Shown: positions 12,201-25,370 of the stretch, in pieces
Position numbering within the stretch: position 1 is the first letter of the stretch
Layout of the letters: each line of letters opens with the position of its first letter
Origin: Rhynchobatus australiae
Taxonomy: Eukaryota
Assembly: GCA_034780895.1 (NCBI GenBank)
Contig: JAUZTB010000068.1
Span: 21,974,019-22,037,496 of the forward strand
Direction of reading: 5' to 3'
DNA: 63,478 nucleotides
Position numbers and translations under genes: made by a program
The notes under the pieces: model-generated
Told to the model about the DNA's origin: nothing
Seen by the model: the letters and a program-made list of their open reading frames with translations, nothing else
The model's database searches: none

Positions 12201-12954
12201 AGTAAATCAATTTTAATGAGGTCCTCCCTTTAGTTTGTGCACATTATCCTCGTCCTTGGATGTGTGCGCAGCAAATGTAATTCTTCGGGAATTTATTTGT
12301 TATATCTTCCAGAGGTTCCAGTCTTCTTATTCTTACAATTAAATATCTTATATGTGAAAACCAAATGACTTCAGCAGACAACCGAACATCCCTGTAAGTA
12401 CAGAGGCGAACAAGAATACTGTATAACATGTCAGCTACTGAGATCACATGATGCTAGAAATTTATTAATATAACTCCAAAAAGAATAGTGCTCTCCAATT
12501 GAAAATCAAGTTAATCTGTGTACATAGCTGAGTTTCTTGATGCCTGTTGGGAAATTCAACTCCTCATTGTTCCATGGAACTTTCATATTCAGAAGCATTT
12601 TGTTTTTCAGCAAAAAAAACAACCCCACGAATGTCTACAGAGACATTGGAGATTCTGCAGATGCTGGAATCTGGAGCATCACACTAAAAATGCTGGAGGA
12701 ACTCAGCAGATCAGGCAGCATCTATGGAGAGAAATAAACAATCGACATTTCCGGTCCAGACCCTTCATCAGGACTGGAATGCCTACTGGGGTGCGAGATG
12801 TAAAATTCATTTCACGTGATATTTTCATCACCACTGATTTGAAATGCGACAACTCTGACTTACATAGGGAACAACCAGGTTTCTCTAACCCCAATTCCTC
12901 TGAAATAATGCTACTTAAAAGGTTATATATTCAAACTGCATTTTATTTTATATT

Positions 12955-13900
12955 CATTCTCTGGGATTTGGGATGTCAACAGCATTTATTCCCTATTCCT
13001 AATTGCTCTTACGAAGGTGGTGATGAGCATCTATCTTGAATTAATCAGTCCTTCAGTGTTGTTGGGCAGGGTTTCTAGGATTTAGACCCAATGGTGATGA
13101 AGAACTGGTGATGATGGTATGCAACTTGCAGGGGAACATGTAGAGGGTAGCATTCCCATGGCTGACCTTGGCAGTAGAATCCATGTTTGGGAGGTGCTGT
13201 GAATGTAGCCTGGGCGAGTAACAGCAGGGAAGTTTGGAGACGGTATACACTGCAACCACTGTGTATTGGAGAGAATTAATGTTTATGGTGATTGATGGTG
13301 AGGCAATCAAGTAGGCTGCTTTGTCCTGGCTGGTGTCCAGCTTCTTGATAGTTGGCGCTGCACTCATCCAGGTAAATTCTACTGCATTCGTGACTTATTC
13401 AATGTAGAAGGTAGAAAGGCCTTGGGGTGTCAGGAGGTGAGTCACTTGCTGAAGGATGCCCAGCCTCTGACCTGCAGTTATAGACATGTATTTATGTGGC
13501 TGGTAAAGTTGAAATTCTGCTCAGTGGTGACCCCCACAGGCTTTTGATGGAGGAAAACATGATGGTAATGCCATTAAATAACAAGGGTAGTGAGTTAGAT
13601 TCTTCCTTTTCGGGATGATCGGTGCCTGAGACTTTTGNNNNNNNNNNAGTTACTTGCCACATAGGAGCCCATGCTAGAATGTTGTCTCGGTTTTGCTGCA
13701 TGCAGTGTGAGGCTGCTTCATTTGTTGAGGATCATATGAATGGAATTGAACATTGTGCAATTAAAGGAAAGAAGGTTATTGATGAAGCAGCTGAAGTTGA
13801 TCATTGCCCTTAGGAATTCTTGGAGTGAAAGCATAATTGACCTCCTCCAACCAAACCATCTTCCTTTGTCCTCAGTGACATTTCTAGCCTCCTACAATGT
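12955..13900 (-). mobile_element. Degenerate LINE (CR1/L2 group) 3' region
   Basis: Minus ORFs SAAPTIKKLDTSQDKAAYLIA and DNILAWAPMWQVT resemble the RT C-terminal region. Related decayed copies at ~900-1800, ~29640-31400 and ~37900-39600. Confidence 0.6.
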
Positions 13901-16900
13901 CATTTGATCCTGGTTGCTTTGCCTCTGGACGTCAGGATCACAGTCATGTTCAGCTTAATTGCCTTATTCCAGGCTACCACTGCTGATCTCTGCTACAGTT
14001 CACTGTTTGTTGACCTCTGCTGCTTTAGGGGCCAAACTCTGTACTCAAGGAGATGAGTCTTTAGCATGTAGAGCAGGCATGGGCATTTGGCTACATCACA
14101 GGCTTACCCAAATTGCAGGCATTCAGAGATAACACATGCCCTTGAAGAGACCTTCCAGCAACCTCCTTCTGGAAGAAACTGCCCTTAGCCCTGAGAAGCC
14201 TCCACAGTCTCCTTACATAATAAAAAACATGCCTCCAGCAGGCATTACTCTTCAAGAACCTGTCCAGGTCCTTCTGTCCCTCTGTGAAGAATCTGTTACC
14301 CTCCTCCATTACTGTGTACCTATTCACTTACCAACGACACTCCATGTGGCTGAAGGAATGTTGCTTGTATAGTACTTTGTCTCATTCAAAGCTGTACAAC
14401 ATGCTGAGAACATCATACAAGGAATGCTGTTTGGTGTAACTCGCAACTGAAGTTGTCGTGCTTTACGCAATATTCACAGGCAGCATTAGTGTGAGCCACA
14501 ACATTACTTTTGCACCAAGAGCAGCATGGAAAAACGTCTCGACTCAGTTCAGGCCCTTGGCAATTCTTCACCCTCCTTATCTTATGTGGAATTCAATGGC
14601 ACAACACAGAATCAAATGCTCATACAAGGGAGAACTCACTCAGTTGAACATTATGCTTTGAGTACAGGGACTTCCCAGACTATGACTGATCTGATTTAGA
14701 GAAATCTGACTTTATGCAAATTCTCCCAAACATTTTAAAAGAAGTTTTCAGGCTAGTAATAAGAATAATAAAATGTTTCATAGTATTTATTAATGACCAG
14801 ATACAGTATATATTCCTTTAGTTTAATTATGGGTAGTGTTAGGGTGATTATTTAATGAAATGAAAGAATTAAAGCAAATGTATATAAAGCAGATAACGTG
14901 GGTTACTGCAGAAAATGGAATTTCTAACTATAAAGAGATGGGCTTCAGACAGTTCTCAAGAATGGAACCTTTATGTAACCCAGGGACTGCCTGTATAGGG
15001 GAGATGTGATTATATTCAACTTCTTCTTTGCACAGTGGAGCATAGTATCAAAACTTTTGACTATAGAAGCAGCTATTCCTTCCTGAACACTGGATGATAA
15101 GTAATTAAGGACAATATGTGTGAAATGTATATTGTTTTCAGAATCAAAGAGCCCCAATCTGTTCACCTTGAGTGCATAGTAGACTCCTTGGAGACACATG
15201 CTAATCTACTGAAAATGTAACTGCTCAAACTTTTATCAAATTCTAAGATCTTTTAAGAATCTATCAAAAGCAAGAAAGTTCCAAGAAGAATGTACTACAG
15301 CATCTCTTTTAGCTATTAAAGCAGCATTTCTGATGAATAGGTCATTTCGGATATTTCCTGGTAGGAGCCAGGATGTCTTGGCTGAATGAAAGTGGCATTA
15401 TAGTGGATGAAAAATATTGGCAACAAAAGAGGTAAAAAAAATTGTTATTTGCTGTAATACAAATCCGAAGAATAAAACCAGACATATTCAGAAACCTGTG
15501 CCAAAATTGGCAGAGTTATTCTACAGACTGGTCCTACAATATATTCACCTGACAGGGATATCAAGAATAAGGTGTCACAAGGTCAAAATAGAGGTTGGCC
15601 ATTCAGGACAGAAATGAAAAGAGGGTAGCAAATTGGTATTGGTTTATTATTGTCACTTGTACTGAGGTACAGTGAAAAACTTGTCTTGCATACTGCTCGT
15701 ACAGGTCAATTCATTACACAGTGCAAACCAATAAAGCTTTGGAGGTTCTGAATCTATTTAAGATCAATAGATTTTTAGCTATGAATGGAATCAAGGGATG
15801 GGGTTAGTGGCACTGAGGTAACAAGTTGGCCAAGATCTTACTGAATGGCAGATCGGGCATGAGGGGTTGAATGTTCTAATCCTTATTCTGTTCTTATGTT
15901 CTTAGTTTGTCAGATTTATGCTCATGGAACCATACATATTAACCAAAATCCCAAACTCTTCCATCACCATTTCAAATATTTTTTCCCTGTAGATAGACCA
16001 CGAGCAGTGGCAGCAGTGATGTGACCCTGGAAGTCCTTAACATTGGCTTCAGACTTAATTAAGTCTTATGGCCAGAAATTATCACATCGATTACCACCTA
16101 GATGATGAAACAATACTTGTGCATGTTGAACACCACTTAGATGATGAAACAATACATATACTCTAAACATTGGATGTTAATGGTCATCACCAAGAATAAC
16201 TAGGTTGAACCAATACTGGCATTCGAGGGCAGAGATTGGAAGAGTTGGGGTGAAACCAAAAGGACCACCACCATGATGAGACTGAAGGTTGTAAAGGTTG
16301 AGAGTAGGGAGTTGTCGAAGAGTGGAAAGGTCAGGGTTGTCAGAAGGTTGGAAGGGTTGCTCAATTATGAGGTGATCCAAGTAAGGTAAAATTAATCCAA
16401 CAGCTAAATGGAAAGGCTCTTATATCCATGATTAATCAGTCCTCATTTATTTTTGTATGCCAAATTAAAGAAAGTGTTTAATTCTGAGGCACCCATCCTC
16501 ATAATAATATTTAAAAGACCATGTCTCTTCTTGTAAGCTTGATGACTGAATGTGCCACCAAAGGGCTTCTGAAAAAGTCAAGAGTGGGCAAGGTGAAAGC
16601 AGAATAAGGGCTTTTTCAATTTTCTTACATTTATATTTGCTACCCAACCCACAGCTACTTATTCCTGGAGGTGAAAATTTCCCTAACCATTGGCAAACAT
16701 GCCTGAATATAGTCTCAACATTTTTTTTATTATGTTAATAAAATAAAAGACCTTTTAAAAGCTATATGAGAAAAAAGACAGTGAAAAATATTAAACACTC
16801 TGCCAATCAATTTTGAATATACATTGTACTCATAAAATTCAAATGAGATTATGTCCATCCTCATGAGTTTTTCCTAAACATGTGTCATTTCAAGGGAACC

Positions 16901-19900
16901 TCTGTGAACAGTATCTGCCTTTGTAGATTGTTAACAACCTTCTATCACCAGATGGTGATGCTATTGATATACCAGCACTGAGATACCACTTTTTACACTA
17001 ACTTGCAAAGTTCAGTGTTCATTCCTATTTGAATGCAAAACACCTTCTGTTACATTAACATTTTTATATAAATAAATAGATGCCTCTCCTTCCACTTTCC
17101 ATTTTTCCCTCACCATCACACCTAATCTGCCCCATTACTCTCCCTTCCTATAAGATTATGGCCTCCTCCTGGTTAACTCTTTCACAGTTATGATCATCAG
17201 ATATCATGGAAATGGATTAGCCTTTTACTGTTTCAAAAGAACAGTCAATTGCATTTCTTGTTAATGTTAATGTATAGGCAGAGTCGCAGGTTTCTAAACT
17301 AACCAAAAAAAATCAAATGCAGTATATGGAAAAACAATAGCAGATTACAGTTAAATTTAAATAATCATTTTTCAAATGTGGACCTTATCAGAATGCCCGG
17401 ACTACAAGTTATGTACTGTAAAAACAGTTGCTCCACCATTGATAGCCAGGCTTTCAGTTGTTAAGGCTTTAAACCTCTTCACCTCTTTTTCTTCCTTTAC
17501 AAAGCTGCTAAAAATCACTTCCTTTATCCATCTTTACATCATCCAGCACAGTATGTCCTTATATGATTTGATGGCAAATCTTGTCTGATGGCACCCCTAT
17601 AAAGCACCTTGGGACCTTTTGCTGTATTAATGCTTTATATAAAAAGCCGTTGTTGTTTATGTTGATTTGAGATGTGGGACTGAAGCGAAGAACTGATGCC
17701 TTTCAATAGCATGTGGATGGAGAAATGTAGTTATAAAACCAAGTCATTCTTTGACTACACTGAGACACTGCATTGGAGATTTAGTGCCCCATTCAATGAT
17801 TTAAACCGTGTGAAGACACTACAACATTAGAATTTTTGGAAGGGGACTATGATGTAACTCTCAGTCATACATTCTGGAGAAAGTGAGAACAACAGTGAAT
17901 TTCTGTTACCTGACTGAGTCTATAGATTAAAAATTGTTTTACTGCCTTGTAATCACATTAAAAGAACATTTTAACTTGCCCTAACTTTGGGTGAAAATCA
18001 TATAAAGAACAAGGTCTTCATTGTGAGTTTCACAGAACAGTGCTGTAAGATTTCTCTGCATGATGCTGTGGTGGAAGTGGCATTGTCAATTTCAGCACTG
18101 TTCCCTTTTGGTGCATTGCAAGTTTTCGCAGCTCCCAGCATTTAGCATAGCAGTTGCAATCTCTGAAACCAGCTTTTAAAGGGACATATTACAATACAAA
18201 CAATATTCTTCCAGCTACAGGGGAGTATTGCTACCAATCAAATTGATACGCCAAAGATGGTACTGGTGTGGAAATCTACCCCCTGGGGGTCAAAGTGAGC
18301 TGGATGGGTTGGTGAAGAGCAGTGCACACAGGAAGTATGTTCCTTCTTAATGAAGGTCACAAAGACCATCCAGAGCTCAGCCAGGTGCTTTTGGCAGGAA
18401 GTTCCCGAGAGGTCACTATAAGGATGTGAGGGCAGTCTCTGATGTGCTTTGGGAAAGCTTGCAATTCAGCCAAATGCCCAACCCTACTCCGTCTTCACCC
18501 CTGGGCTGAAGGAGAACTACATGTTTTCCTCTCCTTGGGTGTGAGTTTGAATCAATTCTCTAATGCAACAGTCAGCACTACATTTTGAGAACTGGCAGTG
18601 ATCAGCAGCAGCAACCTGTAATAATCCTGGGGCAGCAAAGCCAAGAGTGACCCTGTCCTCCAAGGGCAAAGCTACAGAGGCACATGATTAATAGGCAAAT
18701 GGTCAGAGATCTCATTTAGGAAAAAGAATGCAGTTTGAGTGATGGCTTTTTAAATAGCACAGAATCAGAGTAAAGGTTGTTTTTTTTCCTGTGAATGAAT
18801 AAACACATTCCTTTTTCATATTAGTGTTGAAAACCTCATGGGAGACAAGTTTGCATGTTGCACAACTGTTGAAATCATTTGGAGGAGTTTTACGCTGGAA
18901 AAAGTTTCTTGAGAAAAAGGAAATTCCAGCTGAAAGACCTGACCTTGAATTTCCCAGTGGGTGCTTAGACACACAGGAGCATTTGCAAAATTGATCTGCG
19001 CTGGGTTTAGGCAATTTTCAAATGCACAGCATTGTTTTGATCTGGNNNNNNNNNNAATCCATTTTTTTCTCTGATAAATAGAGCCCGCAAGTGTGCTTAT
19101 TGTCATTGATTCTAACATTTGAAAGTTCAAATTATTAAAGTATATTCAATTTCATTGCCAGTTCACTGGCACAAATTATGTTGAGCCATAACCTATTTGC
19201 TCATAAAACATAGTGAAAAATCCCAAACACAGTCTCCCCATTGAACACATAGTAAAAATGGGACACAATGAAGATCCCTCCCACAACTCTGAACTGCTTG
19301 CTCTCAATAATTCCCAACACTTTTTTGGTACTAGTAGAAAATCCTGCTGGTGATGAATCACACAAAAAAGTATTTCCTGAGAATTGGTAGGAGCCATTTA
19401 GCAAATTATAATACCCATATAAGTGTACATATCAGACTTAAAACATACCAAAGTGCATTAAATATCCTACCTTGATGCAACTTCTCAGAACACTCATTTT
19501 CTTTTACCTTAACCAGCCTATGCCCTGCAATATAGTCTGAACTGATTGCTAGGACGGCAGCAACCACCTGATAGTAGAAAGTCAATCTTCTATTTTGAGT
19601 TAACTTATTGCAGCAGTATTTCAATTACATCATTTCACACTGCAAAGTGATGTTACTCTGCTGATTATTTGCTAATAATTCAGGATTTTTGCTTAGAACT
19701 CGAAGATGAGGTTCATCACTATAAAATACTTCTGTCATCACTTGACAAATTCCCAACAAAAGCTGTTAATGTCTTCTGTGCTCGAAGCTCTGGATCTCAA
19801 TATATAAACCCCTCCACCATTTCACTTCCTTTAAGATGCTCCTTAAAACCAACCACTGACAAAGTTTTTGGTAGCATAGTGAATATCTTATTGGTAATTG

Positions 19901-20441
19901 ACAGGACTGCATGAATGATTCAAAAGGATGAATTTGAATCCGGCATGACAATGAGAGACTAAATTAATTTAATTAAATAATCTAGAAAAGAATAGCTTCA
20001 GTAATTCCTGATATTCATAAAAAACAAACCTATTCACTAATGTGTCTGAGGAAAGAAAACCTACAGCCTTTACCTAGTCTCGTCTGTATATAATTCCAGA
20101 CCTACAGCAAAGTAGTTGACTCTTACCTGCCCTCTGATACAGTCTAGGAAGCTAATCTGTTCCATCCACCACAAGAACTACAGCAGTTCGAGAAAGTAGA
20201 TCACCACCACTTTCTCAAGGACAGTCAGGATTGGGCATTAACTACTGGATATACTGGTGATGTTCAGATCCTATGAATAAATACAAAAAAAAACTGCCCT
20301 CATTTTTCTTTAAATAGTTTAGTGTCAATTTTTTGAAAAACNNNNNNNNNNNNNNNNNNNNNNNNNNNNNNNNNNNNNNNNNNNNNNNNNNNNNNNNNNN
20401 NNNNNNNNNNNNNNNNNNNNNNNNNNNNNNNNNNNNNNNNN

Positions 20442-20781
20442 GTGGGAGAATTCAATGTTCATGCTGTTGGGCTGCAAGGTTCCAAGATGGAAAATGAGGT
20501 GCTGTTCCTCCAGTTTGTGCTTGGAATTCTCCTAGCAGTGGAGAAGGCTGAGGACTGACATATCTGTGATTGAGTGGGACGGGGAACTGAATTGATTGGC
20601 AACGGGGAGATGCAGACCGCAGTTACGGATGGAGTGTAGGTGTTCTATGAAACAGTCACCTAGTCTGCGTTTGGTCTCACCGATATAGAGGAGGCTACAC
20701 ATGGAGCACGAAATGCAGTAGATGACATTAAGGGAGGAGCAGGTGAATCTCTGACTCACCTGAAAAGACTGTTTGGGGCCT
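20442..20781 (-). mobile_element. Penelope-like element GIY-YIG endonuclease fragment
   Basis: ORF 20532-20759 reads QRFTCSSLNVIYCISCSMCSLLYIGETKRRLGDCFIEHLHS...VANQFSSPSH: VIY...CxxC...YIGET motif of PLE endonucleases. Confidence 0.88.
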
Positions 20782-21169
20782 ATGGTTTGAATCTGAACAA
20801 GTGACGCTTGGGCAACTATTATTTTTATTGTACTTTCATAAGTGGTCAGCCTATTAACTTATAAAGCTGTGTACATGTTCCAATTGGCAGTAGAGTCACT
20901 AACTCAGTATCGTGACAAACCCAAAATTTAGTTTAAAATATCCAGGTTGGTAGCATTCTCTCCACTTTGGCGGCATTGTCGAGAAGGTTCATCGGAAGAC
21001 TGCAACATTGCTCACCAAGAGTCTCATGTAATTTCGTAGGCATAGAATCACTTTTATAGAAAGTTATAGATGTTAGCACACAGTCCTGATTTTCGATAAA
21101 GCGCATCTGCATGGTGGAATTAAAAATGGCATTACTGCTTGTCATTTATGATGTCACTTTTAATTAAAA

Positions 21170-22095
21170 CAGAAAAACCTGTAAATACTCAAGTACCATC
21201 TGTGAAGAGATCTCTAGAGAATGACGATGAACTTCGAAGTGTCTCATATTTAAACTTTCCATCCTACTCCTGATCTCTCGTCTTTAGCCTCCTACGCTAT
21301 CCCAATAAAGCTCAACATGAGCCTGAGGAACAGCACCTCATCTTCCAACTTATCACAGGGGAGTCTTCAGGACTTAACAATGAATTCAACAATTTCAGCT
21401 TAAGAATAAAGGGATGTCCTTTTAAAACTCAGATGAAGAGAAACTTCTTCAGCCAAAGGGTGGTGAACCTGTGGAATTTACTGCCACAGAGGGCTGTGGA
21501 GGCTCAGTCATTGGGTACACTTAAGGCAAAGATTGATAGGTTCTTTATTGGTAAAGGGGTTAAGGGTTATAGGGAGAAGGTGGCAAAATGGGGTTAAAAA
21601 CAAATCATCCATAATTGAATGGTGGAGCAGACTCAATGGGCCAAATGGCCTAATTCTGCTCTTATATCTGCTTCTATTTCTGCTCCTGACCCTTAAGGTC
21701 TAATTTCAGATAACTGGCCATTTTAGTTATGAACACATTTGTTTCTCTCCACTTCTGACATCTCAGGTATAATTTGTCTTCTCCAATTTACACATTCTCC
21801 AGACATACCTTTACCATGCTCATTCAGTCAGGACCACCTCCACTTGTGTCATTCACTCTCTTTTGGCCTCCATTCCATTATGCATTTTGTTCTCTCCATC
21901 TTCTTCTTTCCACCCATTCCTGCTTTCTCTAAAACTTAAACCTTATTTTGTTTCTAACTTTTTCCACCTGTGATGAAAGGTTCTCAACCTGAAGTGTTAA
22001 CTGTTTCTATCTTCACAGGTGTTGCCTGATCAGCTGAGTACTTCCAGCATTGACTGTTTTTATTTTACGGTTCCAGAATGTGCAGTGTTTTGCTT
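21170..22095 (+). mobile_element. Penelope-like relic carrying a nested CR1 insertion
   Basis: gaggaacagcacctcatcttcc (EEQHLIF, PLE endonuclease tail) at ~21325 and the terminal-repeat family sequence at ~21960-22090. Confidence 0.6.
21399..21701 (+). mobile_element. 5'-truncated CR1-like LINE 3' end flanked by an 8-bp direct repeat
   Basis: Encodes ...KTQMKRNFFSQRVVNLWNLLPQRAVEA. Flanked by AATTTCAG at 21391-21398 and 21702-21709. Confidence 0.8.
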
Positions 22096-22239
22096 TTGAA
22101 TGTCATTTTTAAAAATCGGTAGTTACTCCGCTAGAGATACCATCATAGTTGTTTATTAACTACAATTGTTATTTTTGATTATCATTAAGAGATCCTTGCT
22201 GGGAATATGACAATGTTGGCTGTGGTCAAGTATGAATGC

Positions 22240-22555
22240 AGTCTTTTTCCCAGGGTTGTGGATTCAAGAACTAGAAGGCATTGGTTTAAGATAAGGGGGA
22301 AAGATTTAATAGGAACCTGAGGGGCAAGTTTTTTTTACACAGAGGATGGTATATATGTGGAATGAGCTGTCAGAGAAAGTGATTGAGACAGGTACATTAA
22401 CAATTTTTAGAAGCTAGTTGAACAGGTACGTGGATAGGAAAGGTTTAGAAGGTTACGGGCCAAACACTGACAAATGGTACTGGCTTAGATGGGCATCTTG
22501 GTTGGCATAGATCAGTTGGGCCGAAGGGCCTGTAACCATGCTGTATGACTGTAAT
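22240..22555 (+). mobile_element. CR1-like LINE 3' end
   Basis: LFPR...RTRRHWFKIRG...FFTQRMV-like sequence and the typical tail gggccgaagggcctgt...atgctgtatgact. Confidence 0.8.
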
Positions 22556-22859
22556 AGATCGTTATGGATGACATTATTAAGATGTATTTGAACAGCCACC
22601 ACTTGGCAACGTGTTGGTTGCCGTAGGATTAGATATATTCTTGCTCCCATGACTATTTTGAATGAGTAAGTGAAGTTAAGAGAATATCTTGAAAAGATGA
22701 TGATGATGTTTAACATCAGAACAAAACTAGTCCATTAAAGGCAAGGTGTACATTGAGAAGTCTTGCAAACTTACTTTTCTCAGGATGCTTTCACAGGTTT
22801 AATATGTATCAGGTTTGCAATAGATTTCCTGAGATGATTAGTTTTGAGGTGAATGGGTG

Positions 22860-24060
22860 GAGCCGGGCACTGAGGGCTGACCCCAGCCTCTGCGGGCCTC
22901 GGGCAGCAGCCTGTCTCTTTAATAATGTTCCTGGAAATGATCGGGAGGGGAGGTAACTTTCGCGTGAATGACATCCGCCAAGAGCTCGTCTCTTGACGGC
23001 ATATTGAAGAGGATCGTTACTCTCCATTATTTCAATGATTGTAAAGGTCAACCGACCGAGTGGCCTTGGCTGAGGCAGGTGTATTTTGCCCGGGTCACCT
23101 CACGACTCCCCCCTCCTCCCCCCAAACAGGGCGGCGGGTGGCACTACCCACATTGTGACGCAGGCGCCGCGGCTGAAGGCGAGGCTGTTGCGGGGAGTCC
23201 GGCCGGAGACGCCATTGCTGCTTGAGGAGCTGGAGCTGTGAGTGGCTGGGGCAGGGGGAAGCGCCACAGCGACAAGGCGGCCTCACTCCGCTGTCCGACC
23301 GCCTCCCTGCTCCCCGACCTTTGTTTTACACCCCTTCGCGAAGCAATACGTTGGAACTAGATTATCTGTTTTTATTAATCGGGCGGGCGGGCCCCTGGAC
23401 GTTGCCTCCCTCCCGGGCCGGTCGGAGTTGCGGAGCTCTGGGCGTTGGAGGCGAGCTGGTGTCGACGGATCATGGCGTGCGGGGCCACCCTCAAGCGCAG
23501 CGTCGAGTTTGACGCGTTACTCAGCCCTCAGTCGCCCAAGAGGAGGCGGTGCATGCCCCTAACGGGGCCCGGCGCCGGGACACCTTCGCCGCAGAAGTAC
23601 CTGAAAACAGAGGCGGCGGCCTTCGGCGGAGAGAGCTCATCGGCGCACAGACTCACCCCAGGTACGGCGGCGGGGGAAGGGGGGGAAAGTCGGCGCCACA
23701 GAGCGCTGGCACGGCCAGACAATGGCAGTAAAACGTCGGGGGTTTGATACGCCTGGGTGATAGAGGGTGCAGCTTCCTGGGTGATGCACCATCCAGCCTT
23801 GCTTCCCCAACTCCGCTCCCTGGTGCAGAGCTTCCCGCAACCCCGCTTGTGAAACGGCGATTTGTTTTCTGTGTGTAGTTAAATAATGACCGGTAATCTC
23901 AGAAATCGATGCGGTTCATCGTTTTTCACAGCCACCCACTCGGAAATGGCTGCCATTTTTTTTGTTTAGTGAGGGGAGTCGTCTTTGATCGCTGCTGCAC
24001 AAACCTCGGAGGCTTTTCACGAGAATGAAGTCAGTATCTTAACACTGTGCAACTTGCCAG
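22860..24060. promoter_or_regulatory. CpG island / promoter of akirin
   Basis: Sharp rise in GC and CpG density around exon 1. GC boxes (GGGCGG), a CRE-like TGACGCA near 23156 and an inverted YY1-like pair at 23944-23958. Confidence 0.85.
23472..23661 (+). CDS. akirin1: Akirin coding exon 1
   Basis: [30 protein letters not shown]...SPQKYL...HRLTP: invariant akirin start and PKRRRC NLS. Kozak ATCATGG; phase-1 donor CAG|GTACGG. Confidence 0.93.
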
Positions 24061-24409
24061 AGACGTTAGAGCTTCGGGGCAGAAATGTGAGGTCTCCCAG
24101 CCTTGCTGTTTGTATCGTCTGTACTACTTGATGTCGTAGTTACCGTCATGGTGCGCAAAAACAATTGCATCCTTTTATTTATTACAATATACTGGCGTAG
24201 TAATATTTGTAACGCAGGAAGAAAATAATTCATGTGGAATTAAGTCCTAGAATGTTATCCAGAAGTCAAGTGTACATTGCTTTTAAAACTGACGTTTAGT
24301 TTTTAAGTGGGGAACAACAGATCTTTGCGGATAGTTAAAGGGCCTCGTATATCGCGTTAAACTGAAACAAGGATTTTAATCATTGATAAAAATGTTTTGA
24401 GGTGAGTCA

Positions 24410-25370
24410 TTTGATGACATAAAGCTAGATGGCAGTATGGACTCTGAAGAGGATACAGAAGGGCTTAGAAACATAGAAAAACCTACAGCACAGTTCAGGC
24501 TCTTCGGTCCATAAAGCTATGCCAAACATGTCCCTGCCCTGGAAATTACTAGGCTCACTCAATAGAAACATGGAGAATATGAGTAGACTCTATGAATGGG
24601 CAAGACCATAGCAGACAGCATATATGGGAAAATTGAGATTATCCACTTTTGGTTAAAGATTAGAAATGCAGATCAATTATGAATGGAAGAGATTGAAAGG
24701 TGTTGGTGTTCAGAGGCATCTGGGTTCATTAGATGGGAAACAATGAAAGTGAACGAGCAGATTCAGTGAGTAGTTAAGAAGGCATTTTGATGTTTTGTGT
24801 GCGTTGGTGTTTATTCCATAACGAATGGAGCATGAGTAGAAGTGTTTCACTTTGACTTGTGGGACCTTGGTGAGACACTATTTGGAATGTTATGTGTCAG
24901 TCTTGTCTCCCTAACTAAAGAATGGTACTTGTGTTAGGAATCCAGCAAAAGATCATTTTGATTTCAGAAAGTATGGGTTTGCTGTAGGGAGGATGATTTA
25001 ATCACATTAGTCCTACATTTTCTGGAGTTTAGAAGATTGAATTGATGTTACTGACACTTTCAAATTTCCTGCAAAGATTAGGAGAGTGGTGAGTTGGTGT
25101 TTCTTCTGGTATGCACGTCCAGAACCAGGGGTCACAGTCTCAAAAAAAGTCAGTCATTCAGGAAAACAAGTTTTCTTTCACATGGGCTGGTGAACCTTTG
25201 ACATTCCTTGCTCAAAGGAACTATGGAGGCTCAGTTGCTGAGTATTGAAGACTGACTTTTAGATATTAAGGTAATTGAGGGATATGGGGTTAGTGCAGAA
25301 AAATGGTGGTGATGCAAAAGATCAGACATGTTGTTGAATGGCAGAATAAGTTTAAAAACATTGAGCGGCC
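24410..25370 (+). mobile_element. Degenerate CR1-like LINE RT/3' fragment in akirin intron 1
   Basis: Remnants of (A)DDIKL, LVRHYLECYV and RTRGHSLK motifs and a 3' tail; many stops and indels. Confidence 0.65.

Noticed and set aside
16093-16155. CRISPR-like repeat-spacer, or box C/D snoRNA (ATGATGA)
   Set aside because: Only two copies with a 15-nt spacer in vertebrate DNA and no cas genes. No suitably placed box D with a terminal stem, and it is not in a known intron.
7767-22860. A SPACA1-like or other gene between the receptor and akirin
   Set aside because: No coding exons were recognised. The interval is UTR-like sequence plus repeats, though small exons could be missed by eye.
22753-23840. 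Multiple overlapping ORFs around akirin exon 1
   Set aside because: Expected in a GC-rich island. Only the frame from ATG 23472 to the donor at 23661 has homology.
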